A stretch of DNA of 64,000 nucleotides. Origin: an uncultured Actinomycetes bacterium. Its GTDB lineage: Bacteria > Actinomycetota > Thermoleophilia > UBA2241. The stretch lies in NCBI GenBank assembly GCA_963709345.1, contig CAVPVX010000004.1:288001-352000 (forward strand), given 5' to 3'. Below are positions 26,527 through 36,221 of the stretch, piece by piece. A program made the position numbers and the translations under genes. Below the pieces are notes generated by a model. That model saw only the letters and a list, made by a program, of their open reading frames with translations. It was not told the origin of the DNA and made no database searches. The first letter of the stretch is position 1. Each line of letters opens with the position of its first letter.

Positions 26527-28323
26527 GTGGACCGCACGCTCTTCTTCTCCGGCAACGAAGCGATCGCTCATGGTGCCGTGCGCGCCGGAGCCGCCTTCGC
26601 CTGCGGTTATCCGGGTACCCCGTCCACCGAGATCGTCGAGACCGCCGCGCGCCTCGACGGCATCCACGCCGAGTGGTGCGCCAACGAGAAGGTCGCGCTT
26701 GAGACCGCCGTGGGAGCGTCGCTGGCCGGCGTCCGCAGCATCGTCACGATGAAGCACGTGGGCCTGAACGTCGCCGCCGACCCCTTCATGACGCTGTCGC
26801 TCACCGGGGTCAATGCCGGGCTCGTCGTCGTCACCGCCGACGACCCGGGCATGCATTCCTCGCAGAACGAGCAGGACAGCCGGCACTACGCGCGGTTCGC
26901 CAAGGTACCGATGCTTGAACCGTCGGACAGCCAGGAGGCCTACGACTTCGTTGCCGAGGCTCTTTCCCTCTCGGAGGAGTTCGACACGCCCGTGCTGTTG
27001 CGCTCGACGACGCGTCTCTCGCACGGCCGTGGCCAGGTGATCCCGCGGGTGCCGGTCAACGTCGAGCCGCGCGAGTACGAGCGCGACATCGGCAAGTACG
27101 TCATGGTGCCGGAATACGCGCGCCGGAGGAACCGACTCGTGCTCGACCGGCTGGAACAGCTTCGCCGACGCGCCGAGGAGAGCTCGCTCAACGTGCTGGA
27201 GGCCGGCACCTCCGACTTCGGCATCATCGCATCGGGTGTGGCGTACGAGTACGCTCGCGAGGCGTTCCCGAAGGCGTGGTTCCTCAAGCTGGGGCTCTCC
27301 CACCCGTTTCCGTATGCCAAGGTGGTGAGGCTGTACGAACACGTGGCGCGAGTCGCCGTGGTCGAGGAGCTCGACCCCTTCTTCGAGGACCAGGTCCGTG
27401 CGCTCGGCGTGCCGGTAATAGGCAAGGCCGTGATCCCGGCCGACGGCGAGCTCGATCAGGACATCGTGTTCCGGGCGCTCGAACCCTACGTGCTGCGCAA
27501 GCCGCCGCCGCGGCGGCGGCCGGTGCTGCCGCCCGCACCGCGCATCTCCGAGCCGCCCGCGCCGCCGCCCGCGCTGCCGGTCCGCCCGCCCGTGCTGTGC
27601 GCCGGCTGCGCGCACCGTGCTGTGTACGCGTCGCTGCGACGTCGGGAGCTCGCGCCCTTGGGTGACATCGGCTGCTACACGTTGGGCGCCCTGCCGCCGC
27701 TCCACGCGCTCGACACCTGTCTGTGCATGGGCGCCAGCGTGGGGATGATGGCCGGCTTCAACAAGGCGCTGGGGAGCAAGCGCGCCGTCGCCGTCATCGG
27801 CGACTCCACCTTCTTTCACTCCGGCATCCCGTCGCTGATCGACGCGCACTACAATGAGGTCGAGGGCATGGTCGTCGTCCTCGACAATCGCACGACGGCG
27901 ATGACCGGTCACCAGGGGCACCCCGGCACCGGGTCGCACGCCGACCGCAGCCGGGGGCCGGCGGTCGACATCCGGAAGTTGTGCGACGGCATCGGCGTGC
28001 GTTGCGTGACCGTCGACGCGACCGACTACCGGGCGCTCGACTCAGCGATCGGGCGAGAGGCGGACGCGCCGGGGCTCGGCGTCGTCGTCGCGGCTGCATC
28101 CTGCGCGCTGACGGTGAGCGAGAAGCCCGGCGAGGTCGTGGTGGACGAGGAGCGCTGCAACTTGTGCGGCGCGTGCCTCGATCTCGGCTGTCCGGCGCTT
28201 GCGCCCGGAGAGACCGCGATGATCTTCGTCGAGTCGTGCACCGGGTGCGGGCTCTGCATCGAGGCGTGCCGGCGCGGCGCCCTGAGCTACGCCGGCTCCG
28301 CCGGGGCGGAGGGCGCCTCGTGA
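26527..28323 (+). CDS. iorA: Indolepyruvate:ferredoxin oxidoreductase alpha subunit
   Basis: 'GNEAIAHG', 'GYPGTPSTEI', 'MKHVGLNVAAD', 'SSQNEQDSR', 'RPPVLCAGCAH', 'GDIGCY', TPP motif 'GDSTFFH...DN..TAMTG', C-terminal 2x4Fe-4S. TATAAT at 26512. Confidence 0.95.
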   Translation: MDRTLFFSGNEAIAHGAVRAGAAFACGYPGTPSTEIVETAARLDGIHAEWCANEKVALETAVGASLAGVRSIVTMKHVGLNVAADPFMTLSLTGVNAGLVVVTADDPGMHSSQNEQDSRHYARFAKVPMLEPSDSQEAYDFVAEALSLSEEFDTPVLLRSTTRLSHGRGQVIPRVPVNVEPREYERDIGKYVMVPEYARRRNRLVLDRLEQLRRRAEESSLNVLEAGTSDFGIIASGVAYEYAREAFPKAWFLKLGLSHPFPYAKVVRLYEHVARVAVVEELDPFFEDQVRALGVPVIGKAVIPADGELDQDIVFRALEPYVLRKPPPRRRPVLPPAPRISEPPAPPPALPVRPPVLCAGCAHRAVYASLRRRELAPLGDIGCYTLGALPPLHALDTCLCMGASVGMMAGFNKALGSKRAVAVIGDSTFFHSGIPSLIDAHYNEVEGMVVVLDNRTTAMTGHQGHPGTGSHADRSRGPAVDIRKLCDGIGVRCVTVDATDYRALDSAIGREADAPGLGVVVAAASCALTVSEKPGEVVVDEERCNLCGACLDLGCPALAPGETAMIFVESCTGCGLCIEACRRGALSYAGSAGAEGAS

Positions 28324-28913
28324 ACGGCGCCACGACGGTCTCGCTGGTCGGCGTCGGCGGTCAAGGCATCCTGCTGGCCGCCGCCATCCTCTCCGAGACC
28401 GCCGCCGCCGAGGGCTTCGAGGTCAAGGCCAGCGAGGTCAAGGGTATGGCGCAGCGAGGTGGGAGCGTGCTGAGCACGGTGCGCTTCGGGGAACACGTGT
28501 GGTCGCCCGTGTCGCGCCGTGCCGATCTCGTCGTCGCCATGGAACTTCTCGAGGGCATCCGCGCCCTCGAGCTTCTCGGCCCTCGAGGCACGCTGGTCTG
28601 CGCGCACACCACGCGCATCGCGCCGGGGAGCGTGCTGCGTCGCGAGGAGGAGTACCCGGACGACGTGGAGTCGGCGGCGGAGTTGCGCGGCGTGCGCCTG
28701 CTCGCCGTCGACGCCGAGGCGCTGGCTCGCGAGGCGGGCACGCTTCGCGCCGTCAACGTCGCCTTGCTCGGAGTGGCGAGCACGATGCTGCCCTTCAGCC
28801 GGGAGTCCTGGAATCGCGGACTCGAGGCAGCGGTGCCGGCGAAGATCCTGGCAGTCAATGAACGGGCGTTCACGCTGGGCCGGGACGCCGTCGTCGAGGA
28901 GGTCGAGGAGTGA
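28320..28913 (+). CDS. iorB: Indolepyruvate:ferredoxin oxidoreductase beta subunit
   Basis: 'GVGGQGILLA', 'EVKGMAQRGGSV', 'NVALLG', 'N.RAF..G'. Confidence 0.93.
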   Translation: MNGATTVSLVGVGGQGILLAAAILSETAAAEGFEVKASEVKGMAQRGGSVLSTVRFGEHVWSPVSRRADLVVAMELLEGIRALELLGPRGTLVCAHTTRIAPGSVLRREEEYPDDVESAAELRGVRLLAVDAEALAREAGTLRAVNVALLGVASTMLPFSRESWNRGLEAAVPAKILAVNERAFTLGRDAVVEEVEE

Positions 28914-29323
28914 AGGTCACGCAGCTCACCGTGTTTCTCGAGAATCGCAGCGGGCGTCTCGCCGAGGTCGCCGACCTACTGGGCAAGGCGGCCGTCAACA
29001 TCCGCGGGTTCTCGACGACGGAGGCCGCCGAGTACGGGATCGTCCGGCTCATCGTGACCGATCCCCAGGAGGCCAGGCGGCTTCTGCACGACGCCGGGTT
29101 CACGACGCACTTCGCGCAGGTGCTCTGCGTGCGCGTGCCCGACGAGCCGGGCGGGCTCGCGGAGGTGCTCGACCAGCTCGCCGCCGCCGGCGTGTCCGTC
29201 GACTACCTGTACAGCATCTCGTTCCAGAACATCTGCCTCGCGGTGCGCGACATCGACCGCGCGGTCGAGCTGCTCGCCGGCAAGGTGACGCTGCTCGGCG
29301 ACGAGGAGGTGCGGTCCCTGTGA
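28910..29323 (+). CDS. Tandem ACT domain protein
   Basis: 'QLTVFLENRSGRLAEV...NIR', 'PDEPGGLA.VL...V.YLY'. Typical neighbour of iorAB/paaK. Confidence 0.9.
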   Translation: MKVTQLTVFLENRSGRLAEVADLLGKAAVNIRGFSTTEAAEYGIVRLIVTDPQEARRLLHDAGFTTHFAQVLCVRVPDEPGGLAEVLDQLAAAGVSVDYLYSISFQNICLAVRDIDRAVELLAGKVTLLGDEEVRSL

Positions 29324-30669
29324 GCCGGACTCCGACCGGCCTCCTCACCGCGGACGCCGCCGGCGGTCTCTACTGGCAGCCGGCCGCCGAGACGCTCCCC
29401 ACGCCGCAGCTCGGCGCGCTCCAGATGGAGCGCCTGCGCGCCACGCTGGAGAACGCGTACGAGCACATCCCGTTCTACCGCAGGAAGCTGGACGAGGCCG
29501 GCGTGAAGCCCGGCGACGTGCGCTCTCGCGGCGACGTCTCCGGCCTGCCCTTCACCACCAAGATCGACCTGCGCGACCACTATCCCTTCGGCTTGTTCGC
29601 GCGGCCGCGCGACCAAATCGTGCGCGTGCACGCCAGCTCCGGCACCACCGGCAACCCGACGACCGTCGGGTACACGCGTGCCGACATCGACACCTGGGGC
29701 GACCTCATCGCCCGTACTTTGGCCGCCGGCGGCGTCAGGCCCGGCGACCTGCTGCAGAACGCCTACGGCTACGGCCTCTTCACCGGAGGGCTCGGCCTGC
29801 ACTTCGGCGCCGAGCACCTGGGCTGCACGGTCGTGCCCATCTCGGGCGGCAACACTGAGCGCCAGCTCAAGATCATGCGCGACTTCGGCGCGACGGCGCT
29901 GAGCTGTACGCCGTCCTACGCCATGTACCTGGCCGACGCGGCGCGCGACCGTGGCTTGCGCCCGCAGGACCTGCCGATCCGCGTCGGCTTTCACGGCGCC
30001 GAGCCCTGGACCAACGAGCTGCGTCTGCAGATCGAGGCGGGGCTCGGCATCGACGCGCTCGACATCTACGGGCTCTCCGAGATGGGCGGTCCCGGCGTCG
30101 CCTTCGAGTGCCTGTGCAAGGCCGGGATGCACGTGAACGAAGACCACTACCTGGGTGAGGTCATCGACCCCGAGACCCTGCAGCCGCTTCCGGAGGGCGA
30201 GGTCGGCGAGCTCGTGTTCACCACCCTGACTCGCGAGGCGCAGCCGCTGATCCGCTACCGTACGCGCGACCTGTGCAGTCTCACCTCGGATCCGTGCGCC
30301 TGCGGCCGCACCTCCGCGCGCATGACCAAGCCGATCGGGCGCAGCGACGACATGCTCATCATCCGCGGGGTGAACGTGTTCCCGAGCCAGATCGAAGAGG
30401 TGCTGATGAGCATCCCCTCGATCGAGCCGCACTACCAGATCGTCGTCGACCGAAAGGGCTACCTCGACGTCATCGAGGTCTGGGTCGAGGTGAGCGAGGA
30501 CCTCTTTGCCGAGACGATGGGCGATCTCGAGCGCTTCCAGCGGATGGTTCAGGCGCAGATCTACAACGTCTTGAACATCCAGGTGGCGGTCAAGCTCAAG
30601 GAGCCGAAGACGGTCAAGCGCTCCGAGGGCAAGGCCGTGCGCGTCGTGGACCGGCGCACCGCGCTCTAG
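29320..30669 (+). CDS. paaK: Phenylacetate-CoA ligase
   Basis: 'LPFTTK.DLRDHYPFG', 'HASSGTTG', 'YGYGLFTGGLG', 'DIYGLSE', 'RYRTRD', 'GRSDDMLIIRGVNVFP', 'GKAVRV.D.R'. Confidence 0.95.
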   Translation: MSRTPTGLLTADAAGGLYWQPAAETLPTPQLGALQMERLRATLENAYEHIPFYRRKLDEAGVKPGDVRSRGDVSGLPFTTKIDLRDHYPFGLFARPRDQIVRVHASSGTTGNPTTVGYTRADIDTWGDLIARTLAAGGVRPGDLLQNAYGYGLFTGGLGLHFGAEHLGCTVVPISGGNTERQLKIMRDFGATALSCTPSYAMYLADAARDRGLRPQDLPIRVGFHGAEPWTNELRLQIEAGLGIDALDIYGLSEMGGPGVAFECLCKAGMHVNEDHYLGEVIDPETLQPLPEGEVGELVFTTLTREAQPLIRYRTRDLCSLTSDPCACGRTSARMTKPIGRSDDMLIIRGVNVFPSQIEEVLMSIPSIEPHYQIVVDRKGYLDVIEVWVEVSEDLFAETMGDLERFQRMVQAQIYNVLNIQVAVKLKEPKTVKRSEGKAVRVVDRRTAL

Positions 30670-30791
30670 GACCACGCCGGGAACGCGGAGGGAGATCGGC
30701 GGCCGGCTGCCCGGGGTCGCGCCCTTCGCCTCCGGCATGCCGAGGCTCGGCGGCGTTCTTTGCGCCGAGCCCTTTGCTCTCTGCGTGGCGC

Positions 30792-31352
30792 GTGCCTCTT
30801 CCTCTCCACACGTCACGACTCGAGATCCGCCCCTTCGTGGACGGAGACGTCGAGGCGCCGCCCTCGGTGTTCGGCGACCGCGAGGTCATGCGCTACGTCG
30901 GAGCGGCGCGGCGGCCGCTCGATCTTCACCGGCTCCGGGCCTCTCAGGCGCGCATGCGCAAGCACTGGGAGCGGCACGGGTTCGGGCCGCTGGCCGTGGT
31001 GGAGCAGACCTCCGGTCGACTCGTCGGCGAGTCCGGTCTGCAGCTTCTCGAGTCCGGCCCCGAGGTCGAGGTGACGTACACCCTCGCGCGGGCCGTGTGG
31101 GGTCGCGGGTACGCGACCGAGGCCGTCCGCGCCGTGCTTGCTTGGGGGTTCGACGGGCTGAGGCTCCAGCGCCTGGTCGCCGTCGTGTATCCCGAGAAGG
31201 CCGCGTCCCGGCGTGTCGTCGAGAAGGCGCGCATGGTACGGGAGGGCACGCGGTTCCGTTACGGGGCGACGCTCGATCAGGACGGCCTCGGCATCGACGC
31301 GTGGCGGGCCGTGGAGCGGATGCGGACGCCGCCGTCTATAATCGGGGAGTGA
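30792..31352 (+). CDS. GNAT N-acetyltransferase (RimJ/RimL type), possibly decaying
   Basis: 'TSRLEIRPF', 'EVMRY', 'WGRGYATEA', 'ASRRVVEK'. The usual 'N..S' Asn and 'LG' residues are altered. Confidence 0.75.
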   Translation: MPLPLHTSRLEIRPFVDGDVEAPPSVFGDREVMRYVGAARRPLDLHRLRASQARMRKHWERHGFGPLAVVEQTSGRLVGESGLQLLESGPEVEVTYTLARAVWGRGYATEAVRAVLAWGFDGLRLQRLVAVVYPEKAASRRVVEKARMVREGTRFRYGATLDQDGLGIDAWRAVERMRTPPSIIGE

Positions 31353-33250
31353 CTCCGCCCCGTTCAGCCCTGCTTCCACTCCGCGGTCTGCGCCTCGACC
31401 TCTCGCGGCGAACCTGCGTCGAAGAAGAAGTGTCGGCCGACGTGGCGTGGAGTTTCCTCGGCGGCCGCGGCCTGGGCGCGTATCTGGCTCTGCGAGAGAA
31501 ACTGTACGAGGTTCTGCCGCTCTCTCCGGAGAACCAGCTCATCTTCGCTCCGGGACCGCTCACCGGTACCGGAGCGCCGGCCAGCGGCCGCTACAGCGTG
31601 ACCAGCCGTTCGCCGCTCACCGGCACCGTCTTCGACGGCAACTCGGGTGGCAACTTCGGCAACGCCCTCCGGCGCCTGGGCTGGGACTACCTCATCCTCA
31701 CCGGGGCGCTGGACGAACCCGGCTACGTCACCGTAGGCCTGCCCGGCGCCGCGGGCGGCGAGCTGCTGCCCTGCGCCGGCGATGCCGCGATCCACCCGGC
31801 CGGCGCGCTCTGGGGCACGGACGTGCCGGCGACGCTCTCGCGTCTCCGGGAGCTGCACCCGAAGTCCGAGGCCGGGGTCATCGGCCCCGCCGGGGAGCGC
31901 GGCGTCCTCTTCGGCAGCATCGTGAACAACCGCGGCCGCTCCATCGGTCGCGGAGGTCTGGGCACCGTGATGGGGTCCAAGCGTCTCAAGGCTCTCGTCA
32001 TCAGCGGGCACGGCGACCACCGGCCCGCCGTCGCCGACCCCGAGCGGCTCGAGTTCATCGTGTACGAGGCCGAGAAGCTGCTCAAGGCCAACCCCATCAC
32101 CTCGACGGCGCTCCCCGAGTTCGGCACCTCGGTGCTCGTCAACGTGCTGAACCAGGCCGGCGCGATGCCGACCCGGAACCACCGCGAGAGCCAGTTCGAG
32201 GGCGCCGCCGCCATCTCCGGCGAGATGCTCAAGAAGGACCACGTCAACCGCCGCTCTGCCTGCCGCGGCTGCATCATCGGGTGCGCCCGGCGCACCAGCG
32301 CCGGCGGGGAGAGTGGCGAGGGCCCCGAGTACGAGTCCATCTGGGCTCTGGGGGCGGAGTGCGGCGTCGCCGACCTGACGGCGATCGTGCAGGCGAACTA
32401 CGCCTGCAACCGCGCCGGCATGGACACCATCACCATGGGCGTCACCATCGCCTGCGCCATGGACCTCACCGAAGAGGGTCTGCTGTCCGGCGGCCCGCGG
32501 TTCGGCGACGCGCGCGCGATCATCGAGTTGGCCGAGGCCACGGCGACGGGGGAGGGCCTTGGCGCCGAGCTCGGGCTCGGCTCGGCGCGCTTCGCCGCGC
32601 TCCACGGCCGTCCGGATCTGTCGATGAGCGTGAAGGCTCTCGAGGTGCCGGCGTACGATCCCCGCGGCATGAAGGCACAGGGCCTCGCCTACGCGACCAG
32701 CAACCGCGGGGGCTGCCACCTGCGCGCCAACATGCTCGGCCCGGAGATCCTCGGCGTGCCTAAGATGGTCGACCGCTTCGCGACCCTCGGCAAGGCCGGG
32801 CTGCTGATCAACATGCAGAACCTCAACGCCGTGCTCGACTCGCTCAGCGTCTGCAAGTTCACCGCCTTCGCGATGAAGGAGGACTACTACGCGCGCCAGC
32901 TCAGTGCCGTCTGGGGCGAGCCCGTCGAGCCGCAGGAGTTGCTGCTGCTCGGCGAGCGCATCTGGAACGCCGAGCGTCTGTTCAACCTTGCCGCCGGGTT
33001 CACGCGCGCCGACGACACGCTCCCGCCCCGGCTCCTGTACGAGCCTGTGCCGGCCGGGCCCTCCGAAGGCCAGGTGGTAGACTTGCCCCCCATGCTCGAC
33101 GAGTACTACATCTCGCGTGGCTGGGACGGCGGCGGACGGCCTTTGCCGGCCAAGCTCGAGCAGCTCGAGCTGACGGGCCTGGCGGCGGCCGCCGGCGGAG
33201 CCGGCGCGGCTGCGCCACCCGGCCCGGCCGCGGGCGAGGCCGCCCCGTGA
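31349..33250 (+). CDS. aor: Tungsten-containing aldehyde:ferredoxin oxidoreductase family protein
   Basis: 'LGGRGLG', 'SPLTG...DGNSGG', 'GRGGLG.VMGSKRLKA', 'CRGCIIGC', 'GPEYE', 'GMDTI', 'YDPR', 'RGGCH', 'YY..RGW'. TATAAT at 31337, 6 nt before the GTG. Confidence 0.93.
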   Translation: MTPPRSALLPLRGLRLDLSRRTCVEEEVSADVAWSFLGGRGLGAYLALREKLYEVLPLSPENQLIFAPGPLTGTGAPASGRYSVTSRSPLTGTVFDGNSGGNFGNALRRLGWDYLILTGALDEPGYVTVGLPGAAGGELLPCAGDAAIHPAGALWGTDVPATLSRLRELHPKSEAGVIGPAGERGVLFGSIVNNRGRSIGRGGLGTVMGSKRLKALVISGHGDHRPAVADPERLEFIVYEAEKLLKANPITSTALPEFGTSVLVNVLNQAGAMPTRNHRESQFEGAAAISGEMLKKDHVNRRSACRGCIIGCARRTSAGGESGEGPEYESIWALGAECGVADLTAIVQANYACNRAGMDTITMGVTIACAMDLTEEGLLSGGPRFGDARAIIELAEATATGEGLGAELGLGSARFAALHGRPDLSMSVKALEVPAYDPRGMKAQGLAYATSNRGGCHLRANMLGPEILGVPKMVDRFATLGKAGLLINMQNLNAVLDSLSVCKFTAFAMKEDYYARQLSAVWGEPVEPQELLLLGERIWNAERLFNLAAGFTRADDTLPPRLLYEPVPAGPSEGQVVDLPPMLDEYYISRGWDGGGRPLPAKLEQLELTGLAAAAGGAGAAAPPGPAAGEAAP

Positions 33251-33855
33251 GTTCGGCCGTCCTCGAGCAGTTCCGCAGCGTCGGCCGCGACCTCTTCGTC
33301 GCCGGCGTCGTCAGCTCGCACGGCGGAAACATGAGTGTGCGCATGGGCGATCGCATCCTCATCACCCGGCGTGGCTCGATGCTCGCGCGTTTGGAGGAGC
33401 GGGACATCATCGAGACCGGGCTCGACGAGAACGACGCCAACGTGATGCTCGCCAGCACCGAGATCAACGTGCACCGCGCCATCTACCAGGGCACCGCCGC
33501 GCAGGCGATCGTGCACGCGCACCCGCCCTACACGATCGCTCGCTCGCTCGTCTGCGACGAGATCGTGCCCGTCGACAGTGAGGGCTCGTACCTCCTGCAC
33601 AAGGTGCCGATCGTACACACCGAGCTCACCGCCGGGTCGAAGGAAGTCGCGGAACTGCTGCGGCACGGGCTCAAGGAGTACGACATCGTGATGCTCCGGG
33701 GCCACGGCCCCTTCGCCATCGGGCACCTGCTCGAGGAGGCCTACCAGCTCACCAGCGTGTTGGAGATGTCGTGCCGGATCATGACCATCGCCGATGGGCT
33801 CGGCGATCAGGTCAAGGAGTACCGCAAGGGGTCAGAGCGGTACGAGACCTGGTGA
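33247..33855 (+). CDS. Class II aldolase/adducin family protein
   Basis: 'GGNMSVR', 'ASTE..VH', 'AIVHAHP', 'LRGHG'. Confidence 0.9.
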   Translation: MSSAVLEQFRSVGRDLFVAGVVSSHGGNMSVRMGDRILITRRGSMLARLEERDIIETGLDENDANVMLASTEINVHRAIYQGTAAQAIVHAHPPYTIARSLVCDEIVPVDSEGSYLLHKVPIVHTELTAGSKEVAELLRHGLKEYDIVMLRGHGPFAIGHLLEEAYQLTSVLEMSCRIMTIADGLGDQVKEYRKGSERYETW

Positions 33856-33900
33856 CGCGGGGCTGACCGGCAGGCCGGCCGTGACGCTCCCCGGCGGTCG

Positions 33901-36162
33901 TCAGAACCAGTGCAGACGCGCGAACCACCCGGGGAGCGGGCTGCCGAGGCCGGCGGACGCCAGGGCCGGCGGCCTCGCGACCAAGGCCCCCGCGAGCGTC
34001 GTGCCTCCCATGTTCACCGACGCCTCCGTCGGCGTGGTCGTCGGCGTCGGCTTGGGAGTCGTCGGCGTCGGCTTGGGAGTCGTCGGCGTCGGCTTGGGAG
34101 TCGTCGGCGTCGGCGTCGGGGTGACCGTGGGCTTGATCGTCTTCGTCGGGCCGGGCGACGGGGAACCGCTCTCGTCGGTGGACGGCGACGCCGACGGCGA
34201 CCGCTCCTGCATCTCGCCTTCCCACTTGCTGAAGGTCCACGGGTAGTCCTTGAAGCTCGGGTGGGGCTGCTTCTCGAGTGCTTTCGCGAAGTACTTCGCC
34301 CACATCGGCGCGCAGTACGTGCCTCCGAAGGCGCCGTCCATCGGCGAGTTCTTCTCGGCGTCGCCCATCCACACGGCCGCGGAGAGGTTCGGTGTGTATC
34401 CGCAGTACCAGACGTCCCATCCGTTCTCGGTGGTGCCGGTCTTGCCGGCGCGCGGGTACGGGAAGTACGAGCCGGTCGCCGAGCCGGTGCCGCCGGAAGC
34501 CACGCGCTCGAGGCACTCCGTCACGACGCTGGCCACGCCGGCGGGGATGGCGCGCTTGCCCGTGGTCTTGGGCTTCCAGTCGACGCGTCCGCCGGGAAGC
34601 ACGACCTTGACGATCGCCTGCGGCCGGTGACGGATGCCGCCGGCGGCGAGGGTCGCGTAGGCGTCGGCCATCTCGAGCGGCGTCACGCCGGAGGTGCCGA
34701 GGGTGATCGACGGCACCGCCTCGAGCGGGCTTGTGACGCCCATGCGGTGCGCCACGTCGACGGTCGTATCAGGACCTACATCGACGCTGAGCTGGGCGAA
34801 GACGACGTTGTCGGAGATGGTCGTGGCGGCGGACACGCTCTCGGGGCCGCCCGGGCCGTCGCCGTTGACCACCCAGGGCTCGGCGTAGGCGCCCATCGGG
34901 ATGATGATGGGGCTCTTGGACGAGTAGTAGGTGGTGTCCGGGTCCATGCCCTTCTCCACCGCCGCCGTGAGCACGAAGGGCTTCATCGCGGACCCCGGCT
35001 GGCGCCGCGCCTGCCAGGCGAGGTTGAACTTCTGCGTCTTGTAGTCTAGACCCCCGACCATTGTGCGGATGTAGCCGGTTCTCGGGTCGATGGCGACCAG
35101 GGCGGCCGACGGCTTGAAGCCGAAGTCCAGAGGCTCCGTCGTGCCCCTGAGGATGTCGATGGCGTCGCGCTGCCAGTCCATGTCGATGCTCGTGTGCACG
35201 CGCAGGCCGCCCTCGAACACCTGGCGCGAGCCGTATCTCTTGGTGAGCACGCGGGTGACATAGTCGACGAAGTAGTCGGCCATGTTGTTGTTGTTGTTGG
35301 GGGGCCGTTTGTAGACGCTGAGCTTGGTCTGCGCCATCGTCGTCGCCCGCTCCTGGGTGATGTACCCCTGGTCGGCCATGAGCTGGAGCACCTTGTTGCG
35401 CTGCTCGCGGGCGAGCTTGGGGTCGGCGGTCGGCGAGTACTGCGTGGGGAACTTGGGCAGCGCCGCCAGGAGCGCCGCCTCTTTGAGGCGCAGCCCGGAG
35501 GCGTGCTTGTGGAAGTAGGTGCGCGCCGCCGCCTCGACGCCGTACGCGCCGGCGCCGTAGTACACGGTGTTGAGGTACTCCGTGAGGATCCGGTCCTTCG
35601 ACCAGCGGTCCTCGAGCTGCCAGGCGAGGACGGCCTCGCGGAGCTTGCGTGTGTAGGTGCGCTCGCTGCCGACGTAGGCGTTCTTGACGTACTGCGCCGT
35701 GATCGTGGACCCGCCCTGCACGACGCCCCCGGCGCGCAGGTTCTCGACCATGGCGCGGGCCACGCCCTGGTAGTCGACGCCGTGGTGCTGGTAGAAGCGC
35801 GCATCCTCCACCGCTACAGTCGCCTGCTTCATCACGTCGGGGATCTTGCTGCTCGGCACGAGGACGCGGTTCTCGGCGCCGTGGAGCTCGGCGATCACCT
35901 CGCCGCGGCGGTCGTAGATCACCGTGTTGACGGCGTTGGGCTGCTTGCGCAACTCCTCGAGCGACGGGAGGTCGCGCGAGAGCGCGAAGATCGCGCCTGC
36001 GGCGACGGACATCCCGGCGATGATCAGGAGGAGCAGCGCGACCAGGAAGAGCTTGACCCAGAGCCACTTGCGGCGTCCGGCGGCGGCCTTCTTGCGTCGC
36101 CGCTGCCGGCCCCGGCGCGGGACGTCGTCGGGGTCTGTGCGGTATCGGGTGTACTCAGCCAT
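33901..36162 (-). CDS. Class A penicillin-binding protein (PBP1A family)
   Basis: Transglycosylase 'EDARFYQHHGVD', 'GGSTIT.Q..KN', 'RKLRE', 'YLN..YYG'. Transpeptidase 'SAMK', 'SDN', 'KTGT'. Pro/Thr-rich tail. Confidence 0.93.
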   Translation of the reverse strand: MAEYTRYRTDPDDVPRRGRQRRRKKAAAGRRKWLWVKLFLVALLLLIIAGMSVAAGAIFALSRDLPSLEELRKQPNAVNTVIYDRRGEVIAELHGAENRVLVPSSKIPDVMKQATVAVEDARFYQHHGVDYQGVARAMVENLRAGGVVQGGSTITAQYVKNAYVGSERTYTRKLREAVLAWQLEDRWSKDRILTEYLNTVYYGAGAYGVEAAARTYFHKHASGLRLKEAALLAALPKFPTQYSPTADPKLAREQRNKVLQLMADQGYITQERATTMAQTKLSVYKRPPNNNNNMADYFVDYVTRVLTKRYGSRQVFEGGLRVHTSIDMDWQRDAIDILRGTTEPLDFGFKPSAALVAIDPRTGYIRTMVGGLDYKTQKFNLAWQARRQPGSAMKPFVLTAAVEKGMDPDTTYYSSKSPIIIPMGAYAEPWVVNGDGPGGPESVSAATTISDNVVFAQLSVDVGPDTTVDVAHRMGVTSPLEAVPSITLGTSGVTPLEMADAYATLAAGGIRHRPQAIVKVVLPGGRVDWKPKTTGKRAIPAGVASVVTECLERVASGGTGSATGSYFPYPRAGKTGTTENGWDVWYCGYTPNLSAAVWMGDAEKNSPMDGAFGGTYCAPMWAKYFAKALEKQPHPSFKDYPWTFSKWEGEMQERSPSASPSTDESGSPSPGPTKTIKPTVTPTPTPTTPKPTPTTPKPTPTTPKPTPTTTPTEASVNMGGTTLAGALVARPPALASAGLGSPLPGWFARLHWF
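34037..34114. repeat. 21-bp tandem repeat (3 full copies plus a partial) encoding the PKPTPTT linker
   Basis: GTCGTCGGCGTCGGCTTGGGA at 34037, 34058 and 34079, partial copy at 34100. Confidence 0.9.
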
Positions 36163-36221
36163 GGCCTACCATTGTACTCGACGAGGGACGCGCCGGCGTT
36201 CCCGCGGGTTCACGTCGAGAT

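Noticed and set aside
28519-31348. N-terminal extensions of the PaaK (716 aa) and AOR (837 aa) ORFs as fusions
   Set aside because: The extensions overlap real genes in other frames. The true starts are the coupled GTGs at 29320 and 31349.
34037-34114. CRISPR-like repeat
   Set aside because: The units are contiguous with no spacers, lie in frame within PBP1A, and no cas genes are present.
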